Numbered from the stretch's first letter, positions 1 through 13,300 are shown. The stretch is 64,000 nt of DNA from Azolla caroliniana (GCA_043228905.1 JBHGNT010000010.1:806001-870000), one strand, 5' to 3'. The notes: generated from the sequence alone by a model not told the origin. Program-made: numbers and translations.

Positions 1-585
1 GTTTAGATGAATTCTTTATTACGAGGACGGGACGGGTTCGTGGACTGTGGTGAGTTTGTTACTGATTTGGATAGGTCAATGTGGATGACTACTATATATA
101 CAGTGTGAAGATTGGCTTGGATGCTGTAGAGGGTCATGAATGTACAAGTCACATAGATATGGTCATAAATGTATTATAATTTATATGTATACGAGGCACA
201 AGAGCATGGCGTGAACAGGGCAAGTGACAGGTGAAGAAGGTGAGGGGGGCAGAGGTTTAAAAAAGCTTGCTTGTGAAGGAGGGAAGGGAACAACAACTAG
301 CTGAAGAGAGAGAAGGTTGATTACAATACATATACTCTTCTCACTTCACCATATGTGCATTGTGTAGAGGGAAGAGAACAAGAAAGAAAGTAGTTTGGAC
401 AGTCTTTGCTCAGGAAATCGTGAACAAGAAGAAGTACATACATACATAAACATAAATAAAACAGAAGCGTCGGTCCAACCAACCAAACATGTATGTATGT
501 ATCTCAAACCGATCCATCCGGCGGCGTGCGAAGCGACTGCTCTAAAACCACCACCCGCTAGAAGAAAGAAAATATACACACACAC

Positions 586-772
586 ACATACATACATACG
601 TCATACATGCATGCATACATACATACATACATACATACATAAAAATGTGGCGGGCCATTCATCAGGCATGGCATGGTTTATGAGTGTATGTAATTATTTG
701 TTTGTATGTACATACATACTTTGGACGGATGTACGTAACTTACTCACTTTACATACATACATATATACATAC
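586..772. repeat. (CA)n / (TACA)n microsatellite cluster
   Basis: Runs of cacaca and tacatacatac are visible; they generate the spurious ORFs at 346-944. Confidence 0.85.
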
Positions 773-1053
773 ATCTTCTCTCTACACCGTCGCCGGTGGG
801 TTGGTGACACGACACTCTCACTCCGGCTGGCGGGAAAAGAAAAGGGGTGTTCGAACACCCCCAAAACAAAAGAAAGAAACACAGAAAAATTAAATATGTA
901 AAAAAGCTCTCTCTCACTTGACCGTTTCTTTTTTTTTTTGCCACTACTAGTAACTACAAAAATACTATTCCTCAGGCAGGCAGGCAGCCCAAGTCAAATC
1001 TCCCCTCCTCCTCGGTTTACGGTCCCGCGTCTCACCTTTTGAATTTCAAATAC

Positions 1054-1061
<8 letters not shown>

Positions 1062-1109
<48 letters not shown>

Positions 1110-1139
1110 CCATCGTCTTCTTCTTCTTCTTCTTCTTCT
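1062..1139 (+). repeat. (CT)n(CA)n compound microsatellite plus (CTT)n in the MAP65 5' leader
   Basis: Read directly; a pyrimidine-rich leader upstream of the 1261 donor. Confidence 0.9.
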
Positions 1140-1627
1140 CCCACTGTCAGTCCCCATACATTTGGTACCTCCCTCCTTCCATCCCTACCTTCTCCTTCTG
1201 CAGCTTCAGCTCCGTTTCCCAGTTTTCCTTTGGACGTCACGGATCCCTTCTTCCATCTCTGTAAGGTCGCTCTCCGTTTTCTTCGTTTGTTGTCTGTGTT
1301 GTAGAGCATCTCCCGTTATCAGAATCCGTCTGTTGTCTTCAGATGTAACCATGTGGAAATCATTCTTATATAGGTCTCGGAGATCATAATCTCGGTGCGG
1401 AAATCTGCCATATCAGTAAGGCGATTCACCGTCACGTAATCTACAGTTCCGCCTTCCCGTTACATCTAAGTATCTTTTCTATCTTGTGCTTGATGCCGCC
1501 TACGTCCCCGAACATAACAATTCAGTAAATATACATTCAGAACTTAGGGGATCAACATCTCCGGGAGAACCAAAAGACCTCGATTAGGCATTTCTTTCTT
1601 CACACTTTAACAACGAACTAAGCGTTC

Positions 1628-4331
1628 ATGGACACCACTTGTAGCTCGTTGCTGCGTGAATTACAGGTGTGCATATCTCTCGTTCGTTTTCCTTGATATT
1701 GTTTTGACTATCTTATTTTTGTTATGTATGCCTTATTTGCTTACGTTTCAGCACATATGGGATGAAGTGGGAGAGAGTGATGCCGAAAGAGACAAAATGC
1801 TTCTCCAGCTTGAGCAAGAATGCCTGGAAGTATATCGCAGAAAGGTTGATCAAGCAAACCATGGAAGGTCTAGACTCCATCAAGCCATTGCTGAAACTGA
1901 GTCAGAACTAGCTTCTCTGATCGAAGCATTAGGAGATCGTGATTCTGTAACCAGGGTAAGACATGCCTACCGTATGAGCGTTAAATTTTGTATGATTTGA
2001 AAACATATTCGATTTTGAAATCATGGCATAATCATTCTCCGATAATGATCGAAACTCGGTGTCTCTCCTCCGTTTTCTAAATTATTCGTTGACTGTATTC
2101 ATTGTCAAGACCGACAAGGCAAATACCACCTTGAAAGAACATCTTCTGCAACTTCATCCTCAACTGGAGGAACTTCGAAAGAAGAAAGATGAGCGACTTA
2201 AGCAATTCGAAAAAGTGAAAGAGGAGATACATGGAATACTGGTTGAGATTGCAGGATCTGTTGACATTGATGATGGTATTATGTTTTCTTCTGCTGCGGA
2301 AGAAGATTTGTCACTCAGAAAACTTGACGATTACATTTCTCACTTGCACGCCCTTGAGAGGGAAAAGGTATACATTGATTCTGCCAAAAAGGTGTCAATC
2401 TAAAGTTCTTTCTGTTTTGTATAGCCAACCGTAGTTTATTTTGGTTTTAGAGAGATCGATCGGAAAGAGTAGATGAGTATGTCGGTGAGGTGCATAGTTT
2501 GACTTCTGTTATGGCTCTGGATTGTGGAAAGATCCTCTCAGAAGTACATCCAACCCTAACAAAAACCACAAAATCAAAGAGCATAAGCGATAATACTCTT
2601 GAAAGCTTAAAGCTCACTATGGAGTCGCTAAATCTTGAAAAGAGAAGAAGATTGAAAAAGGTAAACTCTTTCATACTTATTGAAGTTTGGAATTCACATT
2701 GAGACAGAGGAAGCAGTTGATAATACAATGTAATACTGTGACAGATGCAAGACTGCTGCGCTTCACTCGTTGAATTGTGGAATCTGATGGATGCGACAAA
2801 TGAAGAACGGGATCATTACATGCAGTTTACTTCTGTTCTTGGTGGAGATGAAGAGGAGGTTTCCGCTCAAGGAATTCTCTCCCTTGATAACATTGAGCAG
2901 GTGTTGTTTGCCATGACGAATGAGATTTAGCCTTTGATATTGAATTCAGCCATATGTTTAGTTGTCATTACGTAGTATTTTGAAGTGTCCTTATTCCTTT
3001 TCAGGTGCAATCTGAAGTGCATCGCCTGGATAAGCTCAAAGTGAGCAAGATGAAAGAACTAATTCTGAAGAAACAAAGAGAATTTGAAAAGATTTGCTTG
3101 GATGCTCACATGGAGACAACTTCTGCCTCACAGGAGAAGATGATGGCTATAATAGAATCTGGTAAGGTTTTGTCTCTCTAGTGATTTTGCAAGGTTAAAT
3201 TCAGGGAATTGTACAATTTAGTTCATGTTGGTTTTTCCACAGGCATTTTTGATGCATCTCAGTTATTGGCAACAATGGATCAGCAAATTGCAGATGCAAG
3301 AAACGATGCACAGAGTAGAAAAGAAATAATGGAGAAAATGGAGAAGTGGATGTCAGCTTGTGAAGAAGAGACATGGCTGGAAGATTATAACAGGGTACAC
3401 TCCCTTCTATATTAGGACTCACGAGTACATATTACGATAAGGTTATGTTGCAATTGAAAACTTTTGTGACTTCGTTTAGACGCTCAGTGACTTGTCTAAG
3501 TATACAGGACGATAATAGGTACAATAATAGTAGAGGTGCCCATATCAACCTGAAGCGTGCCGAAAAGGCTCGAGTTTTAATGGCTAAATTACCATGTAAG
3601 TTCAAATACCAGCCATGTATGAGGCTTTGTGTTGTGATTCTGCAGACATGAATAATACGATTTATGTTTTGGAGCTTATGTGCAGCTATGATCGAGAATT
3701 TGATTCAGAAAACTAAGAGTTGGGAAGAGGAGCATGTTACTCATTTTACATATGATGGGGTGTGATATCAGTTTTATTAATACCTTCGCAGATGTATCGC
3801 ATATAATGCATGCATACATAGCCAGATTATTAACAGACGTTAACGGCTTAAATCTTAAATCTTACAGATTCGATTATTGGATGTCCTTGAAGAGCACAAC
3901 CAACAGAAAAAAGAGAAAGAACAAGAGAAGAGGAGGTTAAAGGTATGAGCTCTGTCATGATTTTTGCAGGCTTTGTGGGCCACAAGTGTTATTCGGAACT
4001 AATTCTTCTTATCTTCATGGCTTATCTCTTGTTCATTTAGGATCAGAAAAAGCTCCAAGAACATATTGTGTCTGAGCAAGATGCTGTGTTTGGTACAAGG
4101 CCGAGTCCTCACAGGCCGCCCAGTGTGAAGAAAGGACTGAGTGTTCGTTCAAACAACAACACTCCTGTAAATGTCACACCAAATCGGCGCCTGTCCATGG
4201 CAGGATCGTACATGAACACTGATACGTCGACAAAGAAAGCTGGTATCACTCCCGTTCGCTCAGTGAAGAAGGAGAAGATGAGACCAAGTGCCCCTGTAAA
4301 TTACGTGGCCATTGGGAAAGAGGATCTCTAG
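1628..4331 (+). CDS. MAP65: Microtubule-associated protein MAP65/Ase1/PRC1 family, about 567 aa, 11 coding exons
   Basis: Exons read by hand, all GT-AG with consistent phase: 1628-1666, 1752-1955, 2110-2367, 2451-2660, 2745-2900, 3005-3161, 3243-3394, 3508-3595, 3686-3759, 3868-3942, 4041-4331. Motifs [81 protein letters not shown] and C-terminal [15 protein letters not shown] are typical of plant MAP65. A probable 5'UTR exon ends at the donor GTAAG at 1261. Confidence 0.96.
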
Positions 4332-4989
4332 GCATCTTTGCTATATATAGAACAACTTAGAACTATCCCTGTGTTTTTTCCAAGTTCCCAAGTTTAAACA
4401 CGTGTCTACTACTGAATATTATAATCTGGGAGCATAATTATTTCAGGTAAATGACCTAAATGACCTACCAGCAGAATTTCCAATGACGGCGATGATGCCT
4501 ATAGGGTCATACTTATATTATCAGTCCAACACTAAGAGACCTTAAGAAACATTGCATTATTTTAGCAGGTTATTTGTGCAATGTGAACAGCTCGGAAGTT
4601 GATTTAACAATTGTGGGTTGTATATTGATTGGAAAAGATTTCCTTGCTTGGTGCTATAAGATGAGAATTAACGTATTGAAAAGCTTCCCTTGATGACATC
4701 CTGGCATCTGTGATCTAGCTATACTCAAATTTCTGGCCATGGTTTCTACATAGACAACACCACAATGTACATCCTTGTCATGGCCTCTTTGTAGACAGCA
4801 ACATAATATACATCCTTGTCTTTCTATAGATAAGCCTATATAGAAGATCTATTCCCCTTTTGAATGGCGTCATCTCTCATGTGGATATTGGGGGTTGGGG
4901 ATCACATACAAGGAAAGACCACCAGCAATTGGTTTCTTCCTCTGATGGTCGGGCCTTTTCCAGATCTTCCAGTTTCTATGTTGGTTACA

Positions 4990-5070
4990 GTGATGAATGA
5001 TGAAGAAGCTCTCAAATGGGCAGTTCTTCAGAAATTTCCCACTAATGATAGTCTCCGCCAAAAGGGTTGA
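4990..5070 (+). pseudogene. Isolated fragment resembling the N-terminus of a PDR/ABCG transporter
   Basis: Translation NDEEALKWAVLQKFPTNDSLRQ resembles the recalled PDR motif DDEEALKWAALEKLPTYDRLR. A stop follows and no further exons were seen. Confidence 0.55.
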
Positions 5071-5099
5071 TGATTTCATTTAGGTGGACCACTAATCAG

Positions 5100-5760
5100 T
5101 TAGTTCTCTTAATCTCATTTTTTTGAATTTCTTTTGTAGAGCTGTATAGAATAGTCTGAGTAGTGTCTCCGTTGTCCTTGGCCCATAATATCGTCTAAGT
5201 TTACTTCCTTTTATAAACGTAGGTAGCTTCTGTTCGCAAGCCTACCTCAGCGCAACAATGATCTTCGTTAAGTACATTATATGCACTAGATTTTGTTCCA
5301 AATATCAGCGTGACCATTACATCATGGCCACTATGGTCTACTCTTCTTGTATGTCACCATGAATTCTTTAAGAAAGTCCACTACATTTATGAAGAAAGAC
5401 CCTCGATCACTATGAAGTTCTACGAGGCACCCAAAACGTATGATGGTATTTATATGTTTTTTCACATGCCTTTGCTTCCACCCATTCGGTGTAGTAATCT
5501 GAGGTCGTGACATATATAATGCTTTCCATAGAAGGCTGGATCTATCGGTCCTATAATGTCTATTCCCCATTTTTGACGGGTCATCAAGTTATGATAGGTT
5601 GAAGAGGGTTTGTATAAGCTTCTCGTGTTAGTTTTATGCATAGTATGAACCATACGTACCATATGTGCATTCGCACGGGGGAATGTTTTAATCATTCGAG
5701 TATGGTAAATACCATACTTTTGTATTCATTATTTATTATAAGGTAATGTTTTTTGAAGGC
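5100..5760 (-). mobile_element. Degenerate Ty3/Gypsy integrase-core remnant
   Basis: Frameshifted pieces KWGIDIIGPI, DYYTEWVEAKA and IIRFGCLVELHSDRGSFF match the rve integrase core. Confidence 0.8.
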
Positions 5761-5838
5761 AAGAAAGTGACGGTAAAAAGTGTAAAAAAAAACATAAGAA
5801 TGTTTTGATAACATACGAATTCGTTTGCATTCATTTGT

Positions 5839-5962
5839 GTATTACCTTTTATACCATCCAACAACCCTTTGAGATGGTATAGAGGTTGTCTACTAATCCA
5901 TAACTATGCATAGAGGTTGTGCATAATCTCAAAGGGTTGTTGGATGGTATAAAAGGTAATAC
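5839..5962. repeat. Perfect 37-bp inverted repeat with a 50-nt spacer
   Basis: gtattaccttttataccatccaacaaccctttgagat (5839-5875) is the exact reverse complement of 5926-5962. Confidence 0.9.
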
Positions 5963-6229
5963 GCACCAATTGGAGCTTAAGCGTTTGGAGTTTCATGCCA
6001 TCTGGGACATAGGTATATTTTATATTCAGTTTTTTGATAAGGTGGAGTGGTTTTACTCAACACGAAAGTATTTATTTATTTATTCCGTAAAAAATATCCT
6101 CCATTGGTATTAAAATTAAAGGAAAACTATATACATGTATTGTGTTGCATCTTTTCAAAACTAATACAACCCCTCCTCGGCATATCCATAGTCTCTATAG
6201 CCTCTTTTTAGTGCATTCCATGAGATGAT

Positions 6230-7745
6230 ATTTGAAACCATAATTGTGCTAAATGTTTTCTGCACAATTTCTACGTTCGAGCATATCTGGAAATTAAACT
6301 AAACCATTCAAAAAAACTTCATGCTTGTCTTATGGCAAAGACTTGTTAATCTTGAAGCATACTTCTCAATAAAGCACTTGTTTGTGTGACCTCCATGTTT
6401 TACGAGGACATTTGAACATGGAAGTTGTTCCCTTTCTGTATATCTCCCATGTTGCCACATGCTTTCAACATACCAGAAAATGTCATCATATTAGGCAAGA
6501 GGCCTTGCACAAGTTGTATAACATCCTCATTCTTATCATGCTTAGTATAGCCCAATAACATGGCAATCCATTGTACCACATCTCCAACCAACAATAATCC
6601 ATCAAAAAACTCTCGAGCTTCAATTATTGGTTCACATTTACTGTACCAACAAAAGGATCTTTTTCAAATCCTTCTTTTGCATTATCACCATGCAATTCCC
6701 CTCCTCTTGTTAGAGACTCTAAGCCAAAACAAGCTTTCAAGAAACAGACAAAGCAAGCAAAGTAAGGAGAAATTCTTCTACTTGTATTTGTTCCAGGCCA
6801 TAAAACACTTGGTTTTCGAGCCCATAGTCAGTATATCCAAATGCAATCACCTTCCATTATCAGACCACATTTGATGTACATATCAATCAAAGAGTCCCAC
6901 AAGTTTAGGACACTTATATAGGTCATTGCTTCACAAAACCCAATTCCACATTACCTTGATCTTGCATAAACTAAATATAATTCAATGATTCTTTATCTTG
7001 GTTATTCTCTACATATCCTCTTGTGCTTTTGCAAGGAAACAAAAGATATGTGATAGTATCTAGGGCAATGCCATCATTTTGAATCTGTTTAAAACGGTCC
7101 AACTTTGTGGCCTTAACCTTATTTAGCATACTCACCAATAAGTGCAGTCCAAGAGACTATATCTCAAATAGGAACCTGTTGAAGCACTTTTTGAGATTTT
7201 ACAAACTCTCTATTTGGCATGCATTGTTCAAAAAAAGGAAAGCGTTGTCTCTCTCACGATATCCATGTTCCCCATTTTCTATAGTCACTATATTGCATGG
7301 AATTGCATCTTTCACAGAAACATCAAAAATTCGTGTGCTGTTTGGAAGAAACCACATTTGGCCTACATACCCAATAAGGTATTGACAATGAGGGTCTCAG
7401 TATGTAAGCCTTTCTTCACAATCTCGGCATGTATTACACTACATTGATTGATGTCTCGAGTAACACCACAAACTTTCAAGCCAGAATCAAACACACATGT
7501 ATTTGGCAAGATATTTTGTGTTTGCATCTCCTTCATGAGGTTTAGTGCTTCCTCACCATGCTCATGTTCTACATAACCAATTATTAATGCAATCCATAGG
7601 ATCACATCTTTGACTGGCAAGTTGTCAAGAACTTGACGTGTTACTTCAATCAATCCAATTTGAACATACATATCAACCAATGTACTGCCAATAAGAAGAT
7701 ATTTGTTGAATCCTTTCTTAATTATCTCAGCATGCATTTGCTTGA
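6230..7745 (-). pseudogene. Degraded PLS-class pentatricopeptide repeat (PPR) gene
   Basis: Fragments HAEIIKKG..LLIGSTLVDMY..DVILWIALIIGYVEHEHGEEAL..MQ and DVVQWIAMLLGY..LPNMMTFSGMLKACG, broken by many stops and frameshifts. Confidence 0.85.
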
Positions 7746-8329
7746 TACCAAAGTATTTATTTAAGCCGATGTCTAGAATTTAGAAAAATATAGGGAAGCT
7801 GTGGATATCTTGTATGTTTAACCTTATGACGTTTTCTAATACTAATGTAGTATCTTTTTTATTAGAAAAAAAAACTATGTTTAAGTTATGATATGTCATT
7901 TAATTAGTCGCTAATAATTAGGCCGCCACTCTTTCAAAGTAGACAAACCATAACGCTTCCAAAACGAACTAAAAGAGCATCATTAACCCATCATGACAAC
8001 CAAATCAAATTGATAGGGAACCCTTTAGACATCAAGATAAAATGGCACAACTCTAGAAAAGTTAGTAGCTAATTTTTCAAACAAGATGCTCGAACACTTG
8101 AAGTGGACATGAAGCACTTTGGTCACAAATCCAGCTTGCATTGGGATTGTCGTTTTAACATGTACTATAAGGATTTATTTACATTATATGTAGGACCATG
8201 AAAACAAATCATGTCTCTAAATATTGAGCCAAAAATAGCACAACACTAAAGTAAATGAGTTCAATGGGGACAATGTATGTATGTACATGAACATGTGTAA
8301 ATTCTAAGGCATTCACAATCGAGTATGGA

Positions 8330-9529
8330 CTAACCTAATGAGTGAATTAGAACACAATATAGCATACAAAATAGACACACTAATAAGGAACACCAAGGGG
8401 AAGCGGAAGAGGAGGAGGAGGAAGAAGAAGAAGGAGAAGAAGAAGTTCTACTAGTCATGGTGGCCGTGGCTGCTGCCGTGGACGAATGAAAGGACTGAAA
8501 GGTATAGACACGTGTACCGTCGGGGTGAAACAAGCCATAGTTACGCTCCGATGTTGGCCCGGGTTTCATGTTCTCGTTAAACAGCGCGAAGAGGTATACC
8601 TCCAATGGGGCATCGGGGCGGAGCGGAGTCCCTCTCTTCGACATCACATGCTGGACAAGGTTGGTGTGATAGATTTGTGCATTTGCCACATTCGCACCGG
8701 GCTCGTCCGCATCACCAGCCGAAGGCCATCCCGTCTCGGATACCACCAATGTGATGTTGTTGTAGCCAAGTGCCGCGATGGCTGAGTAGACGGAGTCCAT
8801 TTGTGCGTCGAACATGTTGTAGTATATGAGGCCCGTGTTGTCATCTCGGCTCCCGGGGTTGGGTTGGAAGAGCACGTATTCTAGCGAGACTGTGCCGGGG
8901 TTGCTCTTGTACGCGAAGAATGGATAGACATTGATGAGGAAGGGTGCCCCCGTGGCCGCGAGGAACTCGAGCACCGGCTTCATATAGAGGTTGGCAATGG
9001 TAGGGTCGAACGCCCCGGCCGACGGTGGGTATGATGTCGCGATCGTCACGAAGCTGTGGGCGGTCGACACGGTAATGTGACGGTGGAGGTCGAACGTGCG
9101 GAGTGCGGTGTACACATTGCGCATGGCCGGGAGAAGGTGCGCCATGAGGGACACATCGGTGCCCATGAAGATCTCGTTCCCCACCACGATACCCGAAATG
9201 CGAGTGGCTGGCAAGTAAGTCACTATATTGTCTTGGACCCACGCCATGGCCAATGCGGGGTTCATGAGGCTCTCGACCTCCTCATTCGCAATTCCGACAA
9301 CAAACGATATGCCGGTGTTCCCGAACGCGCGGAGAACTTTAGGGTCCGCGTCATACAACTTCGATTTCGTGAGGGAGATGGATTGGATGAGGGTGACAAC
9401 ATCGGCGGGGGGTGGCAAGTCATTCGCCACTTTCCCGTAATTTACTCCGAGTGCGGAGGAGGAGGAGGAGGCGGAGAAGAAGGGGATTATGTGAGGAGCA
9501 AGGATGATAATGATGAGGGGGTACCACAT
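8330..9529 (-). CDS. Glucan endo-1,3-beta-glucosidase (GH17), intronless, signal peptide, probable GPI anchor, no X8 domain
   Basis: 399-aa ORF with GVNYGKVANDLPPP, the catalytic VGNE and VSETGWPS motifs and FALFNENMKPGPTSERNYGLF. It has a hydrophobic N-terminus, a Ser/Thr-rich linker and a hydrophobic C-terminal tail. Confidence 0.96.
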   Translation of the reverse strand: MWYPLIIIILAPHIIPFFSASSSSSALGVNYGKVANDLPPPADVVTLIQSISLTKSKLYDADPKVLRAFGNTGISFVVGIANEEVESLMNPALAMAWVQDNIVTYLPATRISGIVVGNEIFMGTDVSLMAHLLPAMRNVYTALRTFDLHRHITVSTAHSFVTIATSYPPSAGAFDPTIANLYMKPVLEFLAATGAPFLINVYPFFAYKSNPGTVSLEYVLFQPNPGSRDDNTGLIYYNMFDAQMDSVYSAIAALGYNNITLVVSETGWPSAGDADEPGANVANAQIYHTNLVQHVMSKRGTPLRPDAPLEVYLFALFNENMKPGPTSERNYGLFHPDGTRVYTFQSFHSSTAAATATMTSRTSSSPSSSSSSSSSASPWCSLLVCLFCMLYCVLIHSLG

Positions 9530-11779
9530 GATGATTGATTGATTGATTGATTGATTCTTGAACTCCTGAGCGCCTAATGATGTTTTATGGATAATTCCAT
9601 AAAATACCCCGCGAAATCTTTGGCTTCCACTTTGTTCTATATTTAAAAGTGAAGATACCCCCCATCTCCCTTTTTTACTTTTTTCTTACTAATGCCTTCT
9701 GCTTTTACTTTTATTTAAAAAGTGCCCCCTCCCTCAAGTCATTCAGTGAAAGTGAACTGGAGTGTGTGTGAGTGGGTCGGTCACTCATTCGCTTCTTTAT
9801 GCCAATCATCACGTACAATTTCCTTTGTGTGGCTATCCCTTGCTTATTGCACTCGACACTTTCCATCCTCTCGTCCTACAATGGAGGAGGAAAGGGGGGG
9901 GTAACCACGAGCTTGACATATACTTTGCCCATGCCATGCATCACTCTTCCATGCCAATCTACTCATGATCCTCTACTTACATCTTATCACGTTCTTTGCA
10001 CTAGTACTTGTGCCCTGCCACCTTTAGAATTACCTCTTCCTATTCGAAAAACCATAGCACTTTGAATCTCTAGTTGTTTCGGACGTGCCATCTTTTCTTG
10101 TGTTTCGTCAAGGCAATAATTCAATGCTACATAACATGCATGCTTTTCTGGTAGCTAGTGTATAGCCACATAGGTAGGAACAATAGGTAGGTTAGATCAA
10201 GAGGAATATGTATAGGGAGCATTGTGAATCGAACCATGTATTGGTAAATGCACACAAGATACTAGTAACAATCATCATAAACTGTTTCTATAAGTTAAAA
10301 TCACTCTATTCATTATATAATATAAATCACATTATCTTCCCACCTTTTCGTCGAGTGTATTATTGCAAGAAAAGATGTAGTATATACTACTTGAGCCAAT
10401 GTCTCTAAGGCAGCCACTTGGTTTCATGCGTGGTTTTGACATATGTGTTGTTATCTATGAATTTCGCTCTTAATTGTCATAATATTTTAAGAGTAGAAGA
10501 AAATCTAACCAAAGAGTTTTTAAAGGATGTATACCTTTCCATTATTGTAATTTATATATCACGTTCATTTAGTTTTTAAAGTATTTACTAAATATAACAT
10601 GCTCTTGAGGGGAATTATACAGCGCGAATAAAAAGACTTAAGAGAATCAAAGCACATTAAATGTGTAAATTACATCTTTCACATTTTTAATTAAATCATT
10701 TCTGAAACTAATGGCAGACAACGTTTTCACATGACCATCAAATCATTTCCTCGTTCCTTTTGAAAGGTGTCATGATGGTTTGTGGTGTGAATATTTATAT
10801 TGACAAATAGAAATCAATAACCAAATGTCCAAAGCTTCTTTAACCCCATTTGTGAAATTTTTAATTGTACTTTACAGTTCGATGCTTCTTTACTCCTTTG
10901 GTGAATTTTAATTTCACCGCCTTCTCCATTAATTTTACTTGAAAATAGAAATATCCTTATCCAATTTGAACCTTTGGAATGTAGGATCCCACATTAACCA
11001 TAATTTATTACATGATTTGTGCATAAGATGTCTACATTGCAAAGCCTTGTGTGTAGTTTCCCAAAGGATTCATCAAATGCAATTAAATTTTCATACATCT
11101 TAGCTTTTCTTGGCGATCAACGTGTTTCAGTGCTTGCCCATTATTTCTTATCTTGATGAATATGATATGAGAGAAAAGGGCTTTATTGCTCTCATTCAAT
11201 ATGTAATGATTGCTTATTACATTATGAGACTTGTAATCAACCTCGGACTTGGTCCCTAACGTATCACAATAATTGGTTTGATGACATAAAGTATATGAAT
11301 TGTTCATTAAGTGAGGTTGTCTATTTTGACTATCTTGTTTGTAATGTCGTTAAAAATGACTTCCTTTATTGGACTATTCAGTCACACAAGTTATTGTAAT
11401 GTGTGACACAAATCATCACGTTTTCAAGACTCCTTGAAGATGGACCCCCCTTCAAAAGAGTAGTGTGTGGGTTCAACCGAATCAAAGGGACTACCTCATT
11501 TATAGGTATTAACCCTTGAGATTTTGGACGTTAAAATTTAAAACACTTGCCAAATCCTTAGGTCTCTACCATAAGATCTTTGAGGTAGTATATTTTGAGA
11601 AACTTGTTTGCCCCAAATTTGACCCATTGTGTGGATCCTTTCTTTGTACTTCTCTGTGGTAACATTTGTTAAATCTCTAAGTGTTTCTTTTTAACATGTT
11701 TTGCAACACAATTGCTTCTTCTCATTCTCATCGATCTTTAAAAAATTCGGATACTCTTGATTTTGTGTAGCTACTTACG

Positions 11780-12220
11780 CAAAGAAAGAGAGTTAGAGTA
11801 GAGAAGTTTTGAGAGCCTCGAAAGAGTAGATGCAAACAAGTTAGGGTTTGGTGGACTCGGCTAAAACTGTGGTTTCAGACAACAACCGTGGAGTACATCC
11901 ATACATATATGGGTTCTATTGGTATATGCTTTGTATTCCCTGTCTTATAGTGGAAATTGTTTTGCTCCGTGGTTTTTCCCTAGATTTAGGGTTTTCCATG
12001 TAAATCTGTCAAAATCTATCGTGTCTGGTTTATCTCAGAATGTAATAATATCAATCTGGTATTAGAGCACTAGGTCCTAGATGGAAGGAAGTATGAGTGG
12101 ACTTCCAGGGATGATAGTCCTAAACTCCCACAACTATGCTGACTGGAAGATCAAGATGGAGGATCTTCTAATAGTTAAAGACTTGTACGAGTCGATAGAT
12201 AGGATGGATATACCAACAAA
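11780..12220 (+). mobile_element. Truncated Copia 5' end: LTR remnant, tRNA-Met PBS and start of gag
   Basis: The LTR-like end ...tatca is at 12053 and the PBS tggtattagagc at 12057-12068. ATG at 12081 gives MEGSMSGLPGMIVLNSHNYADWKIKMEDLLIVKDLYE, a Copia gag N-terminus, then breaks off. The left boundary is approximate. Confidence 0.8.
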
Positions 12221-13300
12221 ATGTGATATGTTCCAATGATATATTAATGTTCACGTCTACGTTTGATAGTTTATGAATATTGTCTACATTTTTGGAGTTG
12301 TGAATTTATAGATGTTGGTGACACTAAGGATTAGAGGGTTATCCCTTATACATGAAACATTTTCAAGTGGAATGCACGATCCTTCCACTTGTGAACCCGA
12401 ACATGTTATGAAACATGGTAAGAAAAATGTGGAATTAATAGCTTTGAACAACTATGCATTGCAATAGTGTGTGTATTCAATGATGGTACTCATGGGTTAA
12501 CCAATATCTAAACCGTGTTTTGTGGTGAATGTGAATGTAACTATTATGTTTTAACGATATAATGGTAACAACCCTCAAACCTAATTTGGGAAAAACTTTT
12601 CTTACCATGCTATATGAGTTAAATTTTGGTCCATAACCTCAAAAAGTACCTAGAAACTCAAGTTCTTACAAAGCCTTTTGATGTGTTAAAATTATTATGA
12701 TTGATCATGATTTTTTTCTACCATATTTAACCAAATAATTTATTTGATATTAGAACTTAGAAGGGAGATGCATTTGTTGTTGTGAAAATGTGATTTGAAA
12801 TAATGATTCATCAATTGCCTCACTAAAAATGAGAATGGCAATTGTTCATACATTCTAATGGATGAGATACAAAGCGAGAAACAATGTTCTCATACAAGCA
12901 TCTCCTAGTTGATTTAACGGTATAAAGAAGTCCAAATGCTCCACCTTAGGCCCACTTAGTGCAATGCTCATTAGTCAATATTGTGATATACTTCACCCTT
13001 GTTCCATGAGTAACAAGATAAAAATGATTCATATAAATTATAAAACATCAAGTTGAATGCATTCTTAACAATAAAAAGATAACATATGTCTTGCAATCGT
13101 TATAAGAACATGACCTCCTCATATAACCCCCTTCATATATTGTTTCATCCAGCAAATTTAACTACCAATAAGATCCTCATACACAAACTTTTGTAAGCAT
13201 ATATAGCAATTCAACAAATATCCAAACATATGCTTCCAATATATTTATGCTAAGTTGCATGCGAGCCATGGATAACATTCGTTTTCCTTATATTCTCTTC

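Noticed and set aside
302-348. miR156/529-like hairpin
   Set aside because: The stem is short and imperfect, made of GA/CT low-complexity sequence, and does not match the mature miRNA.
346-1389. ORFs of 60-170 aa at the window start
   Set aside because: They are low-complexity translations of microsatellites and UTR sequence.
8486-9538. Overlapping antisense and alternate-frame ORFs in the GH17 gene
   Set aside because: These are expected by-products of a GC-rich coding sequence and have no recognisable motifs.
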